A stretch of DNA of 63,968 nt, filler included, from Octopus bimaculoides (lineage: Eukaryota): assembly GCF_001194135.2 (NCBI RefSeq). It is 6 parts of 6 records of this genome, joined end to end, with 100 filler letters (N's around TTAATTAATTAA, not from the genome) between each part and the next. Parts side by side here need not be neighbours in the genome. Positions count along the whole stretch, not along the records: positions 20,177 to 27,131 come from NC_068981.1; positions 27,232 to 30,084 come from NC_068990.1; positions 30,185 to 55,198 come from NC_068991.1; 3 more parts are not named here. One strand, written 5' to 3'. A program made the translations under genes and the position numbers. The notes below the pieces were generated by a model. That model made no database searches, was not told where the DNA came from, and was given only the letters and a program-made list of their open reading frames with translations. Positions 24,233-34,864 of this stretch are shown piece by piece. The first letter of the stretch is position 1. Each line of letters begins with the position of its first letter.

Positions 24233-25080
24233 TTGTTTTTAAGTAAAAATATAATACAATAAATACGACGCGCATACACACTCATACACACACACACACA
24301 CACGCATACACACACTTACAAATGTTTGTTTTTATGTTATATAAAGTCAAATGTTAATTGAAGTATCACCCAATAAATACAAATTAAGTAGCAATCAAAA
24401 GAAAGCTCTTTCACGTCATTTCTTCATGATAGTTTATTCTTCAGAGATGAAGCAATACCTCTGTTGAAAGGGGCGTAAATATCACAGAATCCCATCTGCA
24501 TCTTCTATATATTTATCACTGTGTAGTTAAGTGATAAATTAATGTATTTATCACAGTGAGTCAATAATCAAAGATAAGCTCTCAGTAACCTTAGTCTACG
24601 AGTTAGATTAGATTCCCGATTGATACTCTTTTCTTCTTTCATTCGCGAGAAATGATTCTTGAAAACAGTGAATATCACGAGTTTACATTAAGCATTAACT
24701 GATAACTTTAGACATTGAATTTATTCAGAAAATGTTTCCAGTCTTAATTTTAAATTGCTTAAGCTAAAAACTCTATGAGCCGAGTTGGTTTTATTTGATC
24801 ATTGAAGCTATATTTTTCCCACATACATGCATTTTACTTACGTTCTTGGAGAAAAAAAAAGAGAACAAACGGCATTATTAACAAGCATAAATATTATGTT
24901 TCATGCCTACTGATGGAAATAAACAGAAATTCACTCCTGTGTACTTTCCTTGTATATAAGTGTCAGTGTCAGCTGAAGCTGACTGGAAAAATAAATATTA
25001 TTGTATTGAAATGTCACATGAATAAAAGCATGATATGGAATGTGATCAAAATAATCTGTATGTGTTACTTCTATTTTCAG

Positions 25081-25103
25081 ATAGTTCTAAGTTCGTGGAA
25101 CTG
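25081..25103 (+). CDS. 23-nt micro-exon of the TEP/CD109-like gene
   Basis: ctattttcAG acceptor and GTaagt donor. Encodes (D)SSKFVEL; phase 1 in, phase 0 out, which exactly bridges the flanking exons. Confidence 0.6.
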
Positions 25104-25429
25104 GTAAGTTTATATGTTACTTCTATTTCTTCATACCGCTGCATTCCTTCTATTACTTAGCTTAACTTTTTTAAAATTGCATTTACTTTCTAAAAGCATT
25201 TGAATCAAAAATTATTTTTGTTTTAGCTACTTTTTAAATTTAAAATTAAAAAATTATTGTGGTTTAAAAACATTTATTTGTGAATTTAGCACTTTATAGT
25301 CCGATGTCCGATAAAACAAGTAACAACAATTAATTACCTAATCCCTTCATCTCATAAACTACAGGAAACAAAAAAAAAAAGGAAAAAATTCACTCTCTCA
25401 CCTTAATTTTGAGAACTGATCTCATTTTT

Positions 25430-25607
25430 CAGTTCTATATTTAAGAGATGAGGAATTATGTACATTATTTACATTATGTACATTTGACGGATATTTGTCC
25501 TCATCTTGCTTGTTAACACAACGTTTCGGCTGGTATACCCTCCAGCCTTCATCAGGTGTCTTGGAGAAATTTCGAACCTGGGTTCTCATTCTTAAGGTAT
25601 TTTTCGA

Positions 25608-25661
<54 letters not shown>
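25430..25661 (-). mobile_element. Hammerhead-bearing SINE-like element, inverted copy (tail plus (AAT)n; head presumably in the N-gap or absent)
   Basis: Reverse complement of 25897-26039 with ~5 differences, followed by (TAT)n. Confidence 0.8.
25515..25560 (-). ncRNA. Minimal type I hammerhead ribozyme motif
   Basis: GACAC-CUGAUGA-A-GGCUGG(agggtata)CCAGCC-GAAAC-GUU-GUGUU: intact core, 6-bp stem II, 5-bp stem I, palindromic ACGU stem III. Confidence 0.72.
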
Positions 25662-25722
25662 NNNNNNNNNNNNNNNNNNNNNNNNNNNNNNNNNNNNNNN
25701 NNNNNNNNNNCCATATACTCAC

Positions 25723-25799
25723 GGGCATATGGCGTAGTGGTTAAGAGCACAGGCTACTAATCCCAAGATTCCGAGTTCGATTCCAGGCAGTGACCTGAA

Positions 25800-25859
<60 letters not shown>

Positions 25860-26039
25860 TGATGATGATGATGATGATGATGAGGATGATGATGATGAAC
25901 ATCGAAAAAATACCTTGGGAATAAGAACCCAGGTTCGAAATTTCCCCAAGACACCTGATGAAGGCTGGAGGGTATATCAGCCGAAACGTTGTGTTAACAA
26001 CAAACAAGATGAGGACAAATATCCGTCAAATGTAAATAA
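25723..26039 (+). mobile_element. tRNA-headed SINE-like element: head, (AAT)n(GAT)n linker, hammerhead-bearing tail
   Basis: A-box TGGCGTAGTGG (~25730-25740), B-box GAGTTCGATTCC (25773-25784), microsatellite 25798-25897, tail with hammerhead motif. Confidence 0.8.
25950..25995 (+). ncRNA. Minimal type I hammerhead ribozyme motif, predicted cleavage after U25990
   Basis: GACAC-CUGAUGA-A-GGCUGG(agggtata)UCAGCC-GAAAC-GUU-GUGUU. Confidence 0.72.
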
Positions 26040-26085
26040 TGATCTCATTTTTGATAATTAATGAATTATTTTGCCTTTCTCATAG

Positions 26086-26266
26086 ATGCTGCCTTCTGAA
26101 CTAAAAGACCACTATTCAGTAAAGTTAAGAGTTACTGGAAGAGGCGCTGTTGGCTTTAATTCAACTACCTCTATATGGATATCTAAACAAGATGACGTAT
26201 ATACATTGAATACGCAGGCAATTCAGGCACAATTGGACAGGCCTTTCTACAGCAGCAACGAGTTGG
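26086..26266 (+). CDS. Exon of the TEP/CD109-like gene, MG1 end and MG2 start
   Basis: tttctcatAG acceptor and GTaagt donor. Encodes MLPSELKDHYSVKLRVTG...FNSTTSIWIS...AIQAQLDRPFYSSNEL; QLDRPFY matches the A2M-family QTDKPIY motif. Confidence 0.75.
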
Positions 26267-27246
26267 GTAAGTAACATTAAGTATTTCTATATTTAGATAT
26301 TGCTTGCAATTCTGGATAAAAAATGTCACTTTTGTTTCATATACAATAGAGAAGTCAGTTAACCTGACATAAATTGTAGATTTTTCTGAACCCCAAAAGG
26401 ACAAAAAAAAGAAAGGAAAAAAAGAAATTATCTTTAATTTTTTATGCTAAAGTCTGGTGCACATTCTGTCAGGTTGTTTTGCTGAACCTCTAAGTTACGG
26501 GGACTTAAACAAACCAACACTTGTTCTGATATTAGTGTACGCAGGCATCCCGACATCTGCATACACAAATATCAAAACAAGTCTAACATCACCACACATT
26601 TCCCACTCTCCTTTATCATTACCATTCCTTTCTTTCTTTCCATCACCTTCTACTCCTCCCCACGAAATACACACAGAACTATCCACATACCCCAATCAAC
26701 CTTTTCATAAATGAAAATTGGCAAACAACCTTCAGGTATACATTCGCTGTTTCCAACGTTAATACCATATCGCCTGAGGAAATGAACACATGAATATGAT
26801 CCACCCGATGTCCATGGACTATAATCATCCATCGAATACGGACTATGATCATAAGAAACATGTATTTTTTGGAAACGCGCATAGTGATGCTTTGAAATTT
26901 TAATTAACTCCATCCAAGGATTACTACTACTACTTTTATTACTATATTTATTCTACATTATATCGGTGCAGCTCAGTACAGCCCCATAAAACTGTTATTG
27001 CTAGTTGATATCATTAGGCAGTAGCCGGCATAATAAAATTGGGACTTTTATTTGCATACTGAAAAACGTTTCCCGTAAACGAACTTAAAGGACTACATAC
27101 ATACATACATAGATACATACATATATATATANNNNNNNNNNNNNNNNNNNNNNNNNNNNNNNNNNNNNNNNNNNNTTAATTAATTAANNNNNNNNNNNNN
27201 NNNNNNNNNNNNNNNNNNNNNNNNNNNNNNNGTGTGTGTGTGAACT

Positions 27247-27576
27247 CGCATGGCTCAGTGGTTAGAGAGTCGAGCTTGCGATCGTGAGGTTGTGAGTTCG
27301 AATCCTGGACCGGGCTGCGTGTTGTGTTCTTCAGCAAGACACTTTATTTCACGTTGTACCAATTCACTCAGCTGTAGAAATGAGTTGCGACGTCACAGGT
27401 GCCAAGCTGTATCGGCCTTTGCCTTTCTCTTGGATAACACAGGTGGCGCGGAGAGGGAAGCCTGGTTGCATGAGCGACTGCTGGTCTTCTATAAACAACC
27501 TTGTCCGAACTTGTGCCTGGGAGGGTAACTTTCTAGGTGCAATCCCATGGTCATTCATGACCGAAGGGAGGTCTCA

Positions 27577-27577
<1 letters not shown>
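27247..27577 (+). mobile_element. tRNA-derived SINE family C, full length
   Basis: A-box TGGCTCAGTGG, B-box GAGTTCGAATCC, central ttcagcaagacactttatttcacgttgtaccaattcactcagct, ends at (TA)n. Confidence 0.82.
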
Positions 27578-27614
<37 letters not shown>

Positions 27615-28069
27615 TTTATGCAATCCAAAACCGAGTTAGTTACCGATTTTGACGTATGGTGTATCAAAAGATTCAGTACTATTTCGGCTACAAACTAAAC
27701 TTAATTTCCATTCACATATTTGTATTTCAAAAATTTAACATCATAATCTTTTCCATAAATCAACTATCGTAAACATTTTATACGATGACGACGATGACGG
27801 GACATTTTCTATATGTGTGTACTTTAAAAGACATCAATCATCACGACACTCACCTTCACTCACTGATTCTATCTCTCTCTCTTCCTCTTTGTCTCTCTCT
27901 ATTTCTCTCTGTCTGTCTCTCTATTTCTCTCTGTCTGTCTCTCTCTCTTTCTCTGTCTCACACACACGCGTGCACGCACGTACACAGATACACATCCATT
28001 TCATATGCACGTACATACATCTTTCACTTTCTTATCTCCTTCGCTTTCTTTCTCTCTGTCCTTTTCGCT

Positions 28070-29139
28070 TTCGAATGGAATAAGGAGGAAATATCAACAC
28101 TGGATAGAAGGACGAGAAAGTTGATGACGTTGCATGGGGCGCTACACCCTAAAGCGAACGTAAACAGACTGTATATGAAAAGAAAGAATGGTGGCAGAGG
28201 ACTAATTAGTATAGATCATTGTATAAGGAATGAAGGTATTTGATAAATGGTAATGAAGACCTCCTGCAATATCCCGCGAAAGATATGGGTGTAAATGCAG
28301 ATGAAATGATATGCAAGGAAGAGTTTAACCAAAGAGCTGAGGGGAAGAGGAAAGAAGACCTTCTAGAAATGAGAATGCATGGACAGTTTGAAAGGAATAC
28401 ACAAGACGTTAAGGATAATACAGCATCATGGGCATGGCTTGAGCGAGGTGATTTGAAGCGTACCACCGAAAGCCTGATCATTGCTGCACAAGACCAGGCC
28501 CTCGCTACCTATTCAGTGAAGTATAACATCTATAAAACTTCTGACACACAGAAATGCAGACTCTGTGGAAAGAGTGTGGAAAATGTGACCCTCTTGGTAA
28601 GTGGATGTGAGAGCTTTGCACAAAAAGAATACAAACGCCGCCACGATAAAGTGTGTGTGTATCTTCATTGGCTCTTATACCGTAAATACCAATATGAAGT
28701 AAGAGAGAACTGGTATGAGGATGTACAAAGTAAAACTATACAGGAAGAAGGAAAAAATAACGATACTCTGGTACTATGATTTTCAGACGGATCGTGTAAT
28801 CGAACACCGTCGGCGGATATTGTCATATTGAGAAATACTGTCACATCATTGATGTAGCCGTACCAAATGACATGAATGTTATGAGTAAAGAAGTTGAAAA
28901 TATCACCAAGTTCTCCTTATTGAAAGTGGAAATGGCAAGACTTTATAGAATGTGAGAGGGTAATGTAAAAGAGATACCAGTGGTGATCAAGACTTCTTAA
29001 GGCAATTAGAAATCCCATACAAAATTGTTGTCTTGCAAAAAGCAGCCTTATTGGGCACAGCGCAGATATTAAGGAAAGTATTACCTGTCTGATAACTAAA
29101 GACTCCGGTGCATTTTTACCTACACTGTGTTACGAAGGG
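28070..29139 (+). mobile_element. R4/Dong-like non-LTR retrotransposon, 5'-truncated 3' part (zinc finger and restriction-like endonuclease)
   Basis: WNKEEISTLDRRTRKLMTLHGALHPKANVNRLYMKRKNGGRGL; HGQF; QDQAL; CRLC...SGC...YKRRHDKV; decayed DFQTD...IIDVAVP. Followed by (TAA)n. Confidence 0.85.
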
Positions 29140-29207
<68 letters not shown>

Positions 29208-29208
29208 T
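29140..29208 (+). repeat. (TAA)n tract between two R4/Dong-like fragments
   Basis: Direct sequence. Confidence 0.95.
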
Positions 29209-29214
29209 TAACAT

Positions 29215-29706
29215 TCAGTCTGACAGAGTAATAGAAGCTAGAAGGCCTGATTTGGCAGTAGTAATTAAAGAGAATAGAAAGTGCCAGATAGTTGATTTTA
29301 CAGTCCCAAATGATGAAAAAATTAATACCTCGTATCAGAGATATAAAAAAATAGCAAAGAACCAGGACCTAGCCATTGAACTACAGAGACAGTGGAAAGT
29401 GCGAGTAAACTGTATCCCAGTAGTTATAGGTGCATTAGGAACTATCCCTAAAAATCTGAACAGATGGATTCAAGAAATAGGCATAAAACTCAGTTTAGTA
29501 CAGCTTCAGCAAATAGTGTTACTAGGGACAACTAGCACACTTAAGAGGCTTATTGGCATCTAAGGTAACTTGTTGTAACCCAATAGGAGGGTTCTTGGCA
29601 TCTAAGGCTACTTGTTGTAGACTGATGTTAGGGTTCTTTTCTTTTCCAACAATCTAATCTTTTGAGTGTATATTAAAATAATAATAATAATACTAATAAT
29701 AATAAT
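29215..29706 (+). mobile_element. Second R4/Dong-like 3' fragment with 3' UTR and (AAT)n tail
   Basis: EARRPDLAVVIKENRKCQIVDFTVPND...DLAIELQRQWKV...IPVVIGALG...LQQIVLLGT (PD-(D/E)xK-type REL). Confidence 0.85.
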
Positions 29707-29930
29707 GGAGCGGGATGGGCTACTCGACCAGAAGAAAATTGTAACTGGGCCCCACCTGCGAGGTCATGCGCTGTTTATCTTGATATGAGATCATATCGCG
29801 CACATATGGTTGTGATGCATGTGCCTGGTGTACCCTTATCTGACGGGTAGTCATGATGGGTATAATGGGCTTCGTATATTTTACCCCAGTGTCACTTTGA
29901 TGGCATGGACTGCTCTCTCACTCAATAATA

Positions 29931-30019
<89 letters not shown>

Positions 30020-30084
30020 TGCCCGGATGCAGCACCAGGCAGTGGCTCTCATGGCTTCTGATCTTAATTGATTGGAAGTGTTAT
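29707..30084. mobile_element. Unclassified interspersed repeat pieces separated by (AAT)n
   Basis: GC-richer segments bounded by AAT tracts. No family assignable from the window alone. Confidence 0.4.
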
Positions 30085-30184
30085 NNNNNNNNNNNNNNNN
30101 NNNNNNNNNNNNNNNNNNNNNNNNNNNNTTAATTAATTAANNNNNNNNNNNNNNNNNNNNNNNNNNNNNNNNNNNNNNNNNNNN

Positions 30185-30286
30185 TCCCACTGCATGGCGC
30201 CTTGGGCAAGTGTCTTCTACTATAGCCTCAGACCGACCAAAGCCTTGTGAGTGGATTTGGTAGACGGAAACTGAAAGAAGCCCATC

Positions 30287-30318
<32 letters not shown>

Positions 30319-30519
30319 TTGTGTGTCTGTGTTTGTCCCCCCAAAATCGCTTGACAACCTATGCTGGTGTGTTTATGTCCCTGTAACTTAACGGTTAAGC
30401 AAAAGAGACCGATAGAATAAGTACTAGGCTTACAAAGAATAAGTCCTGGGGTCGATTTGCTCGACTAAAGGCAGTGCTCCAGCATGGCCACAGTCAAATG
30501 ACTGAAACAAGTAAAAGAG

Positions 30520-30520
<1 letters not shown>
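30185..30520 (+). mobile_element. SINE family A (head lost in the gap)
   Basis: cttgggcaagtgtcttctactatag...gccttgtgagtggatttggtagacgg...gactgaaacaagtaaaagag. Confidence 0.85.
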
Positions 30521-30552
<32 letters not shown>

Positions 30553-30704
30553 ATGCAAAGTTTAGGTTAGTTTAGAATATATTTATGACATAGTTCAACT
30601 GCTAAAAAGCAAATTCACTGCAGTTACCACAGAGAAAATTTTCTTTTATGGTAAAATATTTAAAAATACCACATCTGTCTAGTGTCATGGTCTATCAGCA
30701 TTCT

Positions 30705-30810
30705 CAGACACATTGAAAACATGTGGTATTTTATGCTTTACAAATCATATACATTCTCTAGAAACATCGAAAACATGTGGTATTTTATGCTTTACAAATC
30801 ATATACATGT
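30705..30810 (+). repeat. ~56-bp direct tandem duplication
   Basis: gaaaacatgtggtattttatgctttacaaatcatataca occurs twice. Confidence 0.85.
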
Positions 30811-30913
30811 TTTGTCAAATTATTGCCAAGATTACATACTTGTTTGTTGAAACATGTAATCTTGAAAAGTTACTTCTTCAGTCTTCAGCAATATATATAC
30901 TGGAAGAAAATGG

Positions 30914-31240
30914 AAAAGATAATTAATTGACAAACATCACCTTCTAAGCATCAGTTAGATCCATTTATTAATTCATTACAATCATATGAATATGAATAAA
31001 TAAGAATAAATGAGTGAATATGACGCTACTCTTACAGCTGTTTTTTGTACAATTTTTATACAGTTTTTGTATAACATTGGTATGATGTGTCAACTTTGGC
31101 ATGCTGGATCCCCAAAGTAGAAACAGCTGTAAGAGTAGAGTTATATTCACCCATTTATTCTTATTTATTTATTCATATTCATATTATTGTAATTAATTAA
31201 TAAATGGATCTAGCTGATGTTTGTCAATTAATTATCTTTT
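30914..31240. repeat. Imperfect ~125-bp inverted repeat, MITE/foldback-like
   Basis: aaaagataattaattgacaaacatca...ctcttacagctgttt pairs with aaacagctgtaagag...tgatgtttgtcaattaattatctttt. Confidence 0.8.
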
Positions 31241-31414
31241 TCGTTTTCTTCCTTGCCTTATAAATTCTGGTAAAACTTCTGTTTATCTCCACACATACCT
31301 TATCATTCAATTGCACTATTGCCTTGCAAGAGTAAGCATTTGGATATATATAGGTATACATCCAGTAGTATATTGGATATTTATTATCCCTTAGATGGTT
31401 GTCTAACCTCTAAC

Positions 31415-31894
31415 TCATATATATGTGTGTGTGTGTATGTATATGTGTATGTATATATATGTATGTATATGTGTATGTATATGTATGTATATATATGTAT
31501 GTATATGTGTATGTATATGTATATATATATATGTATATGTATGTATATATGTATATACATGTGTGCATATATATATATATATATATGTGCGTGTCTGGGG
31601 AGAGTCATTCTCTTTTAGTGTCTTATTAATTTAACACACTCACTGGTCTGACTTCCACTCATTTATTTATTTTTACTGAAATTTTCATCGTGTCCTGCAA
31701 CCTTTTCAATAGTAGTTGACTCTGTCTATTATTGGAACTGCGTTCATTTTTATTTTTTGTTTGGTTGTTTGTGCTCACGTCTGTGCATCAGTGTGCGTGC
31801 ACATGCAAAAATAAAACATGTATATATATATATATATGTATATGTTTATATATATATATATATATGTATATGTATATATATATGTATATATATG

Positions 31895-31927
<33 letters not shown>

Positions 31928-31960
31928 ATATATATACATATACACACACATACATATGCA
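31415..31960. repeat. (TA)n/(TG)n compound microsatellites
   Basis: Direct sequence at 31415-31590 and 31820-31960. Confidence 0.9.
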
Positions 31961-32519
31961 TATATGCGTGTGTATTCTGTGGTACCTATGCTTCACGATG
32001 ATATTTTTATGTTCCATTTCTGGTGCATGTGCTGCCCACCTCCCACTTCAGAAAAACTGGTGTAGTGTTTTGTTGACTCACACTGCCAGCTGAGTTCAAC
32101 GTTTTGTGAAAGAATATCTTTTAATATACATACAAGGTAAACACATACGCTGCAGACATTATATAGTCAGTCATTATCACAAATTAAACACACCAAATCG
32201 AGATATGACTGAATACGTGTACCCACTCACATTTCCACCTCATCAGAAGCTAACACATCACTACAATGACAAGCTGGACATATCACAAAGTAAACTCATC
32301 ATTACCTAAACACTCGGAAACCAAATGTTACAGCTGAGAAGCAGGGCTATCTTGAGGTATGGGCACACTGGGTAGTTACCCAGTGGCTCCACAGATCTTG
32401 GGGTCCAATTCAGACCCATGTATGTTGTGGTTTGCTGTCAGTAAATAGGTACTATAGGGCACAGTCCATCGATTTGCTGCAGGGCATTCATTTGCCACGG
32501 TGAATTGGTTTGCCTACAA

Positions 32520-33080
32520 TGCTACTAAAGCAGTTCTGTGGACAAGCTAAACATATCACTGACATTATATACTGTTTATTTCACTAACTAAACACATCCA
32601 AACCTTTTGTTTATTGTCCCTAAAACAGCTAAACACATACCAACTTGTAGTATGTAGTTCTTATGACAACCCAAACACGTGTGAATTCACAATATGTTGT
32701 CCATTTCACAAGCTAAACTCATCACAGCTTGCAGTTTATAGTCACCCATTTCACAAGCTAAACATGTCTCACAACCTACAGCTTATAGATGTCCATTTCA
32801 TGAGCTAAACACTTTATTCCTTATAGTTTATAACTGTCCATTTCAGAGACTAAACACAACACACAACTTGAACTTTATGGTCACCTATTTCACTAGCTAA
32901 ATACATTGCTATCTACAGTTTATAGATGTTTAGCTTTTCGCAAGAGCTAAACACTTCACACAGCCTACAGTTTGTCGTTGTCCATTTCACCAGCTAAACA
33001 CATCACACAACTTACAGTTTATAGCCGTCCATTTCAGAGGCTAAACACACCACAACTTTATATTTATACAGTCCATATCA
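32520..33080 (+). repeat. Degenerate ~45-50-bp minisatellite
   Basis: Recurring gtccatttcacaagctaaacac...cagtttata units. Confidence 0.7.
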
Positions 33081-33321
33081 CACACCACAGAAGAAATAAT
33101 ACATGACAGTTAAAAATAAATAAGAAAAAAAAAGTAAGGAAAAAAACCCCAAATAAGTAAATAAATAAATGAGACCCGTCTTTATAGATCATAAACAAAA
33201 GCAACATCAGAGAAGATTACATTATGTAGGAGTTCAGTCTTAGACCATTTAACAGATAAAACATATTTTTTCACTGCTTGCAGTGACTATATAGTTCGCT
33301 AATATATATATATATACATAC

Positions 33322-33431
<110 letters not shown>

Positions 33432-34762
33432 ATATATATATATNNNNNNNNNNNNNNNNNNNNNNNNNNNNNNNNNNNNNNNNNNNNNNNNNNNNNNNNN
33501 NNNNNNNNNNNNNNNNNNNNNNNNNNNNNNNNNNNNNNNNNNNNNNNNNNNNNNNNNNNNNNNNNNNNNNNNNNNNNNNNNNNNNNNNNNNNNNNNNNNN
33601 NNNNNNNNNNNNNNNNNNNNNNNNNNNNNNNNNNNNNNNNNNNNNNNNNNNNNNNNNNNNNNNNNNNNNNNNNNNNNNNNNNNNNNNNNNNNNNNNNNNN
33701 NNNNNNNNNNNNNNNNNNNNNNNNNNNNNNNNNNNNNNNNNNNNNNNNNNNNNNNNNNNNNNNNNNNNNNNNNNNNNNNNNNNNNNNNNNNNNNNNNNNN
33801 NNNNNNNNNNNNNNNNNNNNNNNNNNNNNNNNNNNNNNNNNNNNNNNNNNNNNNNNNNNNNNNNNNNNNNNNNNNNNNNNNNNNNNNNNNNNNNNNNNNN
33901 NNNNNNNNNNNNNNNNNNNNNNNNNNNNNNNNNNNNNNNNNNNNNNNNNNNNNNNNNNNNNNNNNNNNNNNNNNNNNNNNNNNNNNNNNNNNNNNNNNNN
34001 NNNNNNNNNNNNNNNNNNNNNNNNNNNNNNNNNNNNNNNNNNNNNNNNNNNNNNNNNNNNNNNNNNNNNNNNNNNNNNNNNNNNNNNNNNNNNNNNNNNN
34101 NNNNNNNNNNNNNNNNNNNNNNNNNNNNNNNNNNNNNNNNNNNNNNNNNNNNNNNNNNNNNNNNNNNNNNNNNNNNNNNNNNNNNNNNNNNNNNNNNTAT
34201 AGATAGATATAGATGTATAGATTTCTTCTCATCTAAAAACACACACTCTTCCTTCTTGTTGTTGCCGCCGGCGTCTCCCCGTCGTCGTCACCTTAGCCGA
34301 CAGGACAGCGTCATCATTCAGATTAAACAGAATGTTTTTATGGCCTCCACCAGCAAAGACAATAAAAGCTAACTGCATAGGGGTTTATAGATTTAGAGTG
34401 TGATAAAAAGTAGGTGAGGTGGTGGTTTTTTAGCTGCGGTGGTGGTGATGGTATGGATGCTGGTGGTTGCGGTGAGATGGTTGGGGGTGAGGAAGAGGAG
34501 AAGAAAACATGGCGGATATTATTGAGTGAATACACATAAAACATTTATTTATACCGCATGTACGCATATAGACGTGCGCATATATACATACATATGCATA
34601 CACATACTTATCTGCCTACCTTTACTCACATACACACTCACACATGGTATTCGACACCATACATACATACATACATACATACATGACACACACACACATT
34701 TCTTATAAATAAATATATAGATATATGCACAGATAAACATGCATGGTATACAACACCATACA

Positions 34763-34864
<102 letters not shown>

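Noticed and set aside
25723-25795. Possible tRNA gene
   Set aside because: A and B boxes are present but no convincing acceptor or anticodon stems, and it runs into (AAT)n. Treated as a SINE head.
26731-26900. Candidate next TEP exon
   Set aside because: An AG is present, but the phase-compatible frame stops after 16 codons with no MG2 similarity.
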